The notes below the pieces were generated by a model that was not told the origin of the DNA, made no database searches, and was given only the letters and a program-made list of their open reading frames with translations. This document shows positions 45,237 through 52,515 of a DNA stretch of 64,000 bases, piece by piece. Position 1 is the first letter of the stretch, and each line of letters starts with the position of its first letter. This stretch comes from Candidatus Fermentibacterota bacterium (lineage in GTDB: Bacteria > Fermentibacterota > Fermentibacteria > Fermentibacterales > JCC-6), in contig CAWJQI010000005.1 in assembly GCA_963845085.1 (NCBI GenBank), forward strand, positions 448,502 to 512,501. Direction: 5' to 3'. Both the position numbers and the translations under genes were made by a program.

Positions 45237-46261
45237 AAAGAACCGCGGCGTTTTTTGCTCTGCTTGCCATGACGGGATGTGGCGGCCCGAGCGCTGGGAA
45301 TGAAGGGGTGGTACGTGTCGGATATTTCCCGAACATCACCCACAGCCAGGCGATAATCGGTCTGGCCAGGGGCGATTTTGCATCGGCCCTCGGCCCGGAA
45401 GTCACCATAGAGGCCACTCTGTTCAATGCGGGACCCTCTGTCATCGAGGCGCTCTACGCGGGAAGGCTCGACATCGCCTACATTGGCCCCAACCCCGCGA
45501 TAACAGGGTTCGTCCGCTCCGGCGGTGAAGCTCTTCGCATCGTTGCAGGTGCCACAAGCGGCGGGGCAGCGCTTGTAGTAAGGCCCGGTTCGGGTATCGA
45601 GACCCTTGCGGACATGGACGGCCGCAGGATTGCCACCCCGCAACTCGGGAACACCCAGGATGTAGCACTCAGGAAGTGCCTTTCCGACCTGGGCCTCTCC
45701 CCGATCGAGGAGGGCGGCAGCGTTCAGGTCATACCGACCGCCAACCCGCAGATACTCGACCTTTTCCGGCAGGGTGAGATCGACGGGGCCTGGGTTCCCG
45801 AGCCCTGGGCGAGCCGGCTCGTTGTCGAGGGTGGCGGCATGCTTCTGCTCGATGAGCGCACGCTCTGGCCGGACAGTGATTTCGTGACTGCGCATATCAT
45901 CGTGTCAACCCCCTTCCTGAACGAACATCCGGACATCGTAAGGAACTGGATCGATGCGCATGTGGAGATCACCCTCTGGGAGAACGCCAACCCCGAAGAG
46001 GCGGCGGCCCTTCTGAACGAGCAGATCGAGGTTCTCACTGGAACCGCACTTTCCGAAGAGGTTCTTGCCATGGCGCTTGCCAGCATGCGAAGCACATGGG
46101 ATCCCATCGCCTCATCGCTCTTCTCTTCCGCCGAGGCCGCCTGGCAGACGGGCTTCCTTGATGAAGAACCCGATCTCAACGGCATTTACGACCTTGCGAT
46201 TCTGAACGAAGTGCTTTCGGAGAAGGGGCTTGAAACGGTGGAGGTCCCCGTTGGACCTTGA
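45233..46261 (+). CDS. NitT/TauT-family ABC substrate-binding lipoprotein (sulfonate/nitrate/taurine type)
   Basis: MKRTAAFFALLAMTGCGG is a lipobox. VRVGYFPNITHSQAIIGLARGDF is NMT1/SsuA-like. ATGA overlap with the MOT1-like gene. Confidence 0.8.
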   Translation: MKRTAAFFALLAMTGCGGPSAGNEGVVRVGYFPNITHSQAIIGLARGDFASALGPEVTIEATLFNAGPSVIEALYAGRLDIAYIGPNPAITGFVRSGGEALRIVAGATSGGAALVVRPGSGIETLADMDGRRIATPQLGNTQDVALRKCLSDLGLSPIEEGGSVQVIPTANPQILDLFRQGEIDGAWVPEPWASRLVVEGGGMLLLDERTLWPDSDFVTAHIIVSTPFLNEHPDIVRNWIDAHVEITLWENANPEEAAALLNEQIEVLTGTALSEEVLAMALASMRSTWDPIASSLFSSAEAAWQTGFLDEEPDLNGIYDLAILNEVLSEKGLETVEVPVGP

Positions 46262-47000
46262 GCTCCGTGATGTCAGCCGCGACTACATCAGACCGGGAAG
46301 GATGGTAAGGGCCCTTGACGGGGTCAGCATGAGGGTCGAACGGGGCGAGTTCATCTGCCTCGTGGGACCTTCCGGGTGCGGAAAGACAACGATCCTTCAC
46401 ATGCTGGCGGGGCTCGACAAACCGACCGCCGGCACCGTTTTCGCGAACGGCGACGAGGTCATGGGACCGGATCCGAGCCGTGTGTTGATCTTCCAGGACG
46501 CCGCCCTCTTCCCCTGGCTCAATGTTCACGGCAACGTCGAATTCGGCCTGAAGGTAAAAAAAGTTCCGGGGCATGAGCGTGAAAAAACCGTTTCCGAGCT
46601 CCTTGAGATGGTCCACCTCGAGAAATTCGCCCACTCCTGGATCCACGAGCTGTCGGGGGGGATGAAGCAGCGCGTCGCCCTTGCACGGGCCCTTGCTGTC
46701 GACCCCGCCGTTCTTCTTCTCGACGAGCCCTTCGGAGCCCTCGACGCCATAACACGCGACCTTCTCCATGAAGAGCTGCAGGGTCTGTGGCTGAAGGCTG
46801 CCAAGACTGTCGTCTTCGTGACCCACAATGTCCGGGAGGCCGTTCTTCTCGGCGACAGGATACTTGTCATGTCACCGTCGCCCGGCAGGATACTGGCCGA
46901 ACACCGCATCGACCTTCCAAGACCCCGCCGCATGGACCACCCCGACATCATGCCCATTTCCAGGCAGGTTCTCGCCTCGATGGAGAGGCGGCAGCCATGA
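46251..47000 (+). CDS. NitT/TauT-family ABC ATP-binding protein
   Basis: TTG start at 46251 with GGAGG 6 nt upstream. LVGPSGCGKTT, LSGGMKQRVALARA and LLLDEPFGALD. Confidence 0.85.
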   Translation: MDLELRDVSRDYIRPGRMVRALDGVSMRVERGEFICLVGPSGCGKTTILHMLAGLDKPTAGTVFANGDEVMGPDPSRVLIFQDAALFPWLNVHGNVEFGLKVKKVPGHEREKTVSELLEMVHLEKFAHSWIHELSGGMKQRVALARALAVDPAVLLLDEPFGALDAITRDLLHEELQGLWLKAAKTVVFVTHNVREAVLLGDRILVMSPSPGRILAEHRIDLPRPRRMDHPDIMPISRQVLASMERRQP

Positions 47001-47788
47001 AAAGCTTCTACGCACGTCTGAAAGCGCTGCCCGTGCCCGTCCAGAGGGCCTTCTTCCTCACGGGTCTGCTCGCGGTGTGGTTCCTTCTCGGAGTCCTCAG
47101 GATCTGGCCTTCCTACATTTTCCCAACGCTTCCCGGCGTTGTTTCATCGGTATGGAAGGGCATTGAGCGCGGAACGCTTCCCATTGCGGTCTGGGGCAGC
47201 ATCAGACGGCTCGCGACAGGCTACTTCATCGCACTTTTCACGGGGGTCATCACCGGATTTCTTATGGCCCACGTCAAGCTGTTCAAGAACACATTCGGCC
47301 TTCTCGTCCTCGGCCTGCAGACCCTTCCAAGCATCTGCTGGCTTCCGCTTGCCATCCTGTGGTTCGGTCTGTCGGAAAAGGCGATACTTTTCGTTGTCGT
47401 CATGGGCGCCTTCCTGTCCATTGCCCAGGCAGCGGAAGACGGCATACGCAACACGCCCAGGGTTTACATCCAGGCAGCGCGCAACCTCGGTTCAAGGGGG
47501 GCACGACTTTACAGAACTGTCATCCTGCCTTCTGCCATGCCCACGATGGTAACGGGGATGAAACTGGGCTGGTCTTTCGCCTGGCGCTCCCTGATGGCGG
47601 GAGAGCTCATATACACTCTGCCCGGTCTCGGCTACATGCTGACAATGGGGCGCGAGCTCAACGACATGAACCAGGTTGTCGCCGTCATACTGGTCATAGT
47701 CTTCCTGGGGCTCACAACCGACAAGCTCGGTTTCTCAGTTCTGGAACGTTCCGTGAGAGCGCGCTGGGGTACTGGCGGCGGAAGGTAG
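46997..47788 (+). CDS. NitT/TauT-family ABC permease
   Basis: ATGA overlap with the ATPase gene. MKSFYARLKALPV..., an EAA-like loop (AAEDGIRNTPRVYIQAARNLGS), and six TM-like segments. Confidence 0.8.
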   Translation: MKSFYARLKALPVPVQRAFFLTGLLAVWFLLGVLRIWPSYIFPTLPGVVSSVWKGIERGTLPIAVWGSIRRLATGYFIALFTGVITGFLMAHVKLFKNTFGLLVLGLQTLPSICWLPLAILWFGLSEKAILFVVVMGAFLSIAQAAEDGIRNTPRVYIQAARNLGSRGARLYRTVILPSAMPTMVTGMKLGWSFAWRSLMAGELIYTLPGLGYMLTMGRELNDMNQVVAVILVIVFLGLTTDKLGFSVLERSVRARWGTGGGR

Positions 47789-47827
47789 CAGCAGCTTTGA
47801 AGAGCGGCAGATATTGACAAAGGCGGC

Positions 47828-48508
47828 ATGCCGCGTTATTCAAGAGTCAATAAAGTGATGGAGGCCGCCATGCTTCTGTTTTCCAGAGCATTCGTTCTTC
47901 TCATCCCTCTCCTGTTCGCAGCGTGTTCCGAAAACGCTTATGAAGCGACCGCACCCGACATGTCCGGCGAACCTGGCAGCACCGATTCTGAAGCCGGAGC
48001 CGCAAGCGTCTGCAGGGGGCACATCATGTCCATATCCAACGCCTGCGTGTGGTACTACGCCTTACATACGGCCTACCCGCAGAACCTCCTCGCCCTGGGA
48101 ACTTCCTATTCAGGGATGCTGTGCCCGTCCTGCGGTCTGCCGTACGTCTTCCGCAGCACGGAAGGCAGCTTCGCGGTTGCCTGCCCCTCCATGCATTCCA
48201 CGGTAAACCACGGTCACATAGTGAACGGAATGCCCTCATGGCCCACCACTTTCAACTCCTGCAGGTCCACAATGAGAACAATCGCTTCAATGTGTGTTAT
48301 TTATTATGCTGTTTATTCTGAGTATCCTGACTCACTTGCGGACCTCGGCGAAGAATATCCATGCCTGAGATGCCCGTCCTGCCTTGATTCGGAGTATGTG
48401 TATTATTCACGCTCCGAAGGGCAGGAGTTTTTCATTTCCTGCCCACTCCAGGGGGATGAGAACCACGGATACATTGACAACGGCATAGCAAGCTGGACGC
48501 CGTGGTGA
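47828..48508 (+). CDS. Cys-rich lipoprotein made of two tandem ~85-aa repeats (pilin-head-like motif)
   Basis: LLIPLLFAACSEN is a lipobox. The repeats are CRGHIMSISNACVWYYALHTAYPQNLLALG..CPSCGLPYVF..FAVACP...HGHIVNGMPSW and CRSTMRTIASMCVIYYAVYSEYPDSLADLG..CPSCLDSEYVY..FFISCP...HGYIDNGIASW. The exact start is uncertain. Confidence 0.55.
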   Translation: MPRYSRVNKVMEAAMLLFSRAFVLLIPLLFAACSENAYEATAPDMSGEPGSTDSEAGAASVCRGHIMSISNACVWYYALHTAYPQNLLALGTSYSGMLCPSCGLPYVFRSTEGSFAVACPSMHSTVNHGHIVNGMPSWPTTFNSCRSTMRTIASMCVIYYAVYSEYPDSLADLGEEYPCLRCPSCLDSEYVYYSRSEGQEFFISCPLQGDENHGYIDNGIASWTPW

Positions 48509-48512
48509 TGCA

Positions 48513-49511
48513 GTGAACCCGGGCCCGCCCCGTTCGACTCCCGGGAGGATGAAGACCGCAAAGCCCGTAGACTGGGCGGAAAAGAAAACAAAACAGAATG
48601 TCATCATCGACCAGAGGAGATTTCTCTGGCATGACGATACTGTGGAAAAGCTTGCCGCCTGGATGGGGCTCGGGCAGGGAATTCACGCTCTGGATGTCGG
48701 CTGCGGTCTTGGATATCTCGGGCGTGTTTTCTGGAAACACTTCGGGCAGGGCGGCACTTACACCGGGCTCGACAATTCCCGGCCACTGCTCAAACAGGCC
48801 TTAAAGGAAAGCAGTGAATGGGCAGGCCCCGGAAACGCCTGCTTCGCATGCGGCGATGCCGTCAGATTGCCGTTCCCCGACGGAACATTCGACTGGACTG
48901 CCTGCCAGACCCTTCTCATGCACTGCACCGAACCCGAGGCCGTCCTCGCGGAGATGACAAGGGTCACCAGACCCGGCGGAGTCGTATCGTGCAATGAGCC
49001 CGACAACGTGACGGCCGCGCGCGCCCGCACCTACCAATCCTTTCATGAGGATACAATCGAGGACGAGGTGATCCGAATAAGGGTCCTCCACCATTGGGCA
49101 GCCGGCAGAAAACAACTCGGTCACGGCGATTACGCCATAGGCAACAGGGTCCCATCCATGATGCAGAAACTGGGGCTTTGTGATATCGACATCAGGGCCA
49201 ACGACATGGTCGGCCTCGTCCAGCCGCCGTACGACACCCCTTCGATGCATTTCAGGATGGAGCAGATGAAGAGGAACATCGGGGAATTGGAAAAAATGGG
49301 AACGAAAAGGTTCGGGATGGACCGCGAGTTCCGCAGGTTCTTCTTCGCCGGAGGGGGGACAGGGCATTTATGGAGAAAATTCCTCGCAATGAACCGGCTG
49401 AGCGGTGAGCGTGACCTGAAGGCCATGAAGGAACAGATTGAAACGCTGACCCTTTGCTCCTGTGGCAGTTCATGCAGCTTCTTCTGCATAAAGGGAAGGA
49501 AACCGGAGTGA
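48513..49511 (+). CDS. Class I SAM-dependent methyltransferase
   Basis: ALDVGCGLGYLG is motif I. FDWTACQTLLMH and VTRPGGVV also fit. The start is uncertain: GTG at 48513 or ATG at 48549. Confidence 0.7.
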   Translation: MNPGPPRSTPGRMKTAKPVDWAEKKTKQNVIIDQRRFLWHDDTVEKLAAWMGLGQGIHALDVGCGLGYLGRVFWKHFGQGGTYTGLDNSRPLLKQALKESSEWAGPGNACFACGDAVRLPFPDGTFDWTACQTLLMHCTEPEAVLAEMTRVTRPGGVVSCNEPDNVTAARARTYQSFHEDTIEDEVIRIRVLHHWAAGRKQLGHGDYAIGNRVPSMMQKLGLCDIDIRANDMVGLVQPPYDTPSMHFRMEQMKRNIGELEKMGTKRFGMDREFRRFFFAGGGTGHLWRKFLAMNRLSGERDLKAMKEQIETLTLCSCGSSCSFFCIKGRKPE

Positions 49512-50167
49512 CCCCGCCCCTGATCGAGGCGTGTGTCACCACCCTTGCCGAAGCTATTCTGGCGCGTGATTCGGGCGCTGATCGCATCGAGCTCTGCCGT
49601 GAACTTGAAACGGGGGGGCTGACCCCATCTGCAGAGCTTCTCGCACAGGTTGCCGGGGAGACTGGCATGCCGGTTCATGCAATGATAAGGACCACGCCGG
49701 AAGGCTTCCGCGCCCGAACCGTCGAGATTGACAGGATGGCGCTGGAGATCGAAGCCCTGGCCCGTGCGGGCGCCACCGGCCTTGTTTTCGGTGTTCTCGA
49801 CAGGAATGACAGCATCGACCGCCCTGCTCTCCGACTGCTTGTGGCGGCTGCAGGAAGCCTTCCCGTGACATTCCACCGGGCCTTCGACCTTGTGGAGGAC
49901 GGGAATTCTGCAATCCGCATGCTTGCCGAAGAAGGCGTCGCGAGGGTGCTTTCATCGGGCGGGCTCAGCACGGCCTGGATGGGCAGGAGGGTCATCGGCG
50001 AGCTTGTCCGGACCGCGGGAACCCGGATCGTCATAATGGCGGGTGGAAGCGTCAGGGCTGACCACGTTCATGCCCTGGTCTCGGAGACCGGTGTCAGGGA
50101 ACTTCATGCCAGGGTTTCCGCCGTTCCGGCAATCGTTCAATCCTTCAAACGGCTCCCTGAAGCATAA
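49508..50167 (+). CDS. cutC: Copper homeostasis protein CutC
   Basis: LIEACV...ARDSGADRIELCRELETGGLTPS, LPVTFHRAFD, VARVLSSGG and IMAGGSVRADHV track E. coli CutC along its whole length. The GTG start overlaps the upstream stop (GTGA). Confidence 0.8.
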   Translation: MTPPLIEACVTTLAEAILARDSGADRIELCRELETGGLTPSAELLAQVAGETGMPVHAMIRTTPEGFRARTVEIDRMALEIEALARAGATGLVFGVLDRNDSIDRPALRLLVAAAGSLPVTFHRAFDLVEDGNSAIRMLAEEGVARVLSSGGLSTAWMGRRVIGELVRTAGTRIVIMAGGSVRADHVHALVSETGVRELHARVSAVPAIVQSFKRLPEA

Positions 50168-50171
50168 AAAA

Positions 50172-50197
50172 GGCCGGAGACCCGAAGGTCCCCGGCC
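50172..50197. terminator. Hairpin between convergent genes, with a U-tract on the minus strand
   Basis: GGCCGGAGACC-CGAA-GGTCCCCGGCC forms an 11-bp stem with 1 mismatch. It is preceded by AAAAAA on the + strand, which is TTTTTT after the hairpin for the minus-strand gene. Confidence 0.5.
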
Positions 50198-50212
50198 ATG
50201 CATGACGGATGC

Positions 50213-51217
50213 CTACCGAACCACCGTGAACCTGGTCAGGACTGCATCGCTCGACGATGTACGAAGCCTGGCGAAATAAACGCCGGACTCCTCGATCGTG
50301 ACCGGTACAACCCCGCCCGCTTCGAACTCGGCAACAAGACGGCCTGCGGTGTTGTAGACGCTGACCTGGCCTGTTGCCCCGGCGGGAACCACTGTGCCGA
50401 TGCTGAGATTGCCTGTCGACGGGTTGGGCCATGCGTTGATGGAGAGGGAACCGATCCCTGCGCCCTCGAAATCCTCGACGCCCGTGGCGGTGTCGGGGAG
50501 GTCTTCGAAGGAGGCGTTGAGCACTTCATGTGTACCCGTGCTCGCCTGAACGTAGGTTATCACATCGAGGTTGTTGAAGATGTGAACGGCGGGATCGAGT
50601 GTGTAGGTCCCCGTGACGTTGATGGTCTGGGGGTAGGGGCCGGTGATCGAGATGGCCGTACCCGAGGCGCCCATGGGCCAGGCGCGGGGCTCCCACATGA
50701 GTTCCTGGCCGTTGTAGACGCCATAGGGCGTGCCGGCAATTTCATGGCTTTCGAGGATGGCGGACCAGATCTTGATCTCGCCCGATACACCGGGATCCTG
50801 CTCGATGGTGAGGGTGTAGTAGGCGGTGCCGCCGGTGGCATTGCCCACCATCTCGACATCGATGTCAACATAGCTCGGAACGGCGAGCCTTGTGTTGATG
50901 AACCCCTGCACGACGGTCTGGGTCCAGCCGATTTGCTGGCTGACTCCGTCAACCTGGAAAGTGGGGGTGTAACCCCAGTTGTACAGCGCATCACGTGCGG
51001 TGACGTAGGGCCCTGAACCCGGGCCGTTGTAGAAGAGGATCTGCGGGGCGACATCGCCGGTGGCGAGATAACCGTTGATCATTGTCTTGACAGCTGACCA
51101 GCTGCTTCCGCAGGAGCTTCAACCGGTCTGGGTGTATTCCTCGAAGAGCACCACTCTCTCCGCGGCGGTGGCGATGCCTGTGACGGCGGCAATGACCAGC
51201 AGGAGAAGCAATTTCAT
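50213..51217 (-). CDS. Candidate selenoprotein: secreted thioredoxin-fold/Omp28-like protein with a T9SS C-terminal sorting domain and an in-frame UGA at 51119..51121
   Basis: The ORF track lists only 50213..51082. The same frame continues upstream through one TGA to ATG 51217 (GGAGG at 51224..51228, 6-nt spacer). That ATG encodes MKLLLLLVIAAVTGIATAAE-RVVLFEEYTQTG-U-SSCGSSWSAVKT-MINGY... The C-terminus WPNPSTGNLSIG...VSVYNTAGRLVAEF...GVYFARL is T9SS CTD-like. Confidence 0.6.
51090..51105 (-). promoter_or_regulatory. SECIS-like hairpin 3' of the in-frame UGA
   Basis: mRNA nt 17-32 (U of UGA = 1) read G-CAGC[UGGUCA]GCUG-U. The loop core GGUC lies at nt 23-26. This is the same core as, and within 1 nt of the position of, the E. 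coli fdhF SECIS as I recall it. Confidence 0.4.
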
Positions 51218-51347
51218 CCGTGACCTCCGTTCAGTTTTCGATTCACTTCGTATGTATATGGGCAAGAGCACCGGTATGCAATACCCGGGTGATCATGAAG
51301 TCGCCCGGGCATCGGCACGGACGCAGACAAGGGCTCGATTCCGCGGT

Positions 51348-52163
51348 TTACACCCATTCTACGGTGAGGGGCTTCCGGCGCGGTATGCCGAAGACGGCGT
51401 ACTTCGGTTTTCCGAGCATCATCGCAAAGGCAAACCTGCGCCCTGAGGGAATGCTGAGCTCCTTTTGAAGAGGTTCGCAGGATGCGGCCGCCATTGCCAC
51501 GAATCCCGCCCAGCATGTGCCGATGCCGAATGCCGGCGCGGCGATGTCGACATGGGTCATTGCGATCACGGCGTCATTGAATGCGATCTGATTGCCGGCG
51601 GGCACATGGGCAATGAGCAGGTGGGGTGCTCCAAGGCAGATCACGTCGATTCCGGCCTCCCATTCCCGGATCAGGGTGGGCGCGTAGCCACTCATGGGGT
51701 GCCCGGAGTTCACAAGCGTTTTCATCCACTCGATGGTCAGCCCGGCTATGGTTCGCACCTTTTCCGAGTCGTACACCACCATCCAGTTCACCGGCTGCCC
51801 GTTTCCGGCGGATGCCGCGTACCTTGCAATGTCGAGGAGTTCGACAATGCGCTGCCTAGGCAGGGATTCCCTGATGAAATGTCTCACGGACCGCCGCTTC
51901 TTCATGTAATAGCCCAAGTCATCGGGGGAGATGTTTCCGGCTCCGGCGGGCAGCACTTCCCTTTCATCGGGGCGGAAATTGAGCCTCAATGCCTGTGTGG
52001 GACAGAATGCCTCACAGTGGCCACACTGAAAGCACATGCCCGCCCCGTCCGCATCGATCGAAGGGGGCTGCCCCGGCTCCTGATTGATTATCGACATTGT
52101 GCATACCGACTTGCAGATGCCGCACCCGGTGCAGCTGTTACTGTCGACGAAAAATGTGGTCAT
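51348..52163 (-). CDS. 2x[4Fe-4S] ferredoxin domain fused to a nitroreductase domain
   Basis: Start moved to ATG 52163, giving MTTFFVDSNSCTGCGICKSVC...CFQCGHCEAFCP, followed by KKRRSVRHF...AASAGNGQPVNWMVV (nitroreductase). Confidence 0.75.
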   Translation of the reverse strand: MTTFFVDSNSCTGCGICKSVCTMSIINQEPGQPPSIDADGAGMCFQCGHCEAFCPTQALRLNFRPDEREVLPAGAGNISPDDLGYYMKKRRSVRHFIRESLPRQRIVELLDIARYAASAGNGQPVNWMVVYDSEKVRTIAGLTIEWMKTLVNSGHPMSGYAPTLIREWEAGIDVICLGAPHLLIAHVPAGNQIAFNDAVIAMTHVDIAAPAFGIGTCWAGFVAMAAASCEPLQKELSIPSGRRFAFAMMLGKPKYAVFGIPRRKPLTVEWV

Positions 52164-52515
52164 GTTTTGTTCCGTTCCTTGCCGGCATTGTGCCTGTGCA
52201 TTCTCCGGCCGCATTGGCAGGGCCGTTCCGTTCCAAAGGCCAAACATGCGAAAGTTATAAGCGATCGGCACGAAGGATTTCCAGGAATCCAGTTTCTGGT
52301 CATTTGTTGCGAGATTGCCGCATTTCGGAAATGGGTTATCTTATCATTCGTTTGTGCCGGACGCACGTGGGCGGATCGTTCGAAGCAACTTCATTCCGCG
52401 AGCTTCAGGCCCACGGATGAAAGGGCCCGCAACCGAACTCATTACTGTAAACTTCTGTGTCAACAAGGCAATAGGTGTAGAAATACACGCGATCCGGGGA
52501 GCAGATAAAACTTTC

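Noticed and set aside
44468-45895. 475-aa minus-strand ORF
   Set aside because: It is antisense to the MOT1-like and SBP genes. It is low-complexity, Pro/Arg/Ser-rich sequence.
51119-51121. The in-frame TGA explained by genome-wide TGA reassignment (Gly/Trp codes) or by simple pseudogenisation
   Set aside because: TGA terminates many well-supported genes here (ATGA/GTGA junctions, family-typical C-termini), so reassignment is unlikely. Pseudogenisation is not excluded, but several things count against it: there is only a single stop, it falls exactly at the first Cys position of a CxxC-type motif, the flanks are intact, and a hairpin lies downstream. It is kept as the alternative hypothesis in the finding.
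52315-52515. Upstream extension of the hdrA ORF (start 52315)
   Set aside because: The extension has no HdrA similarity. The dinucleotide-binding fold begins 10 residues after ATG 52516.
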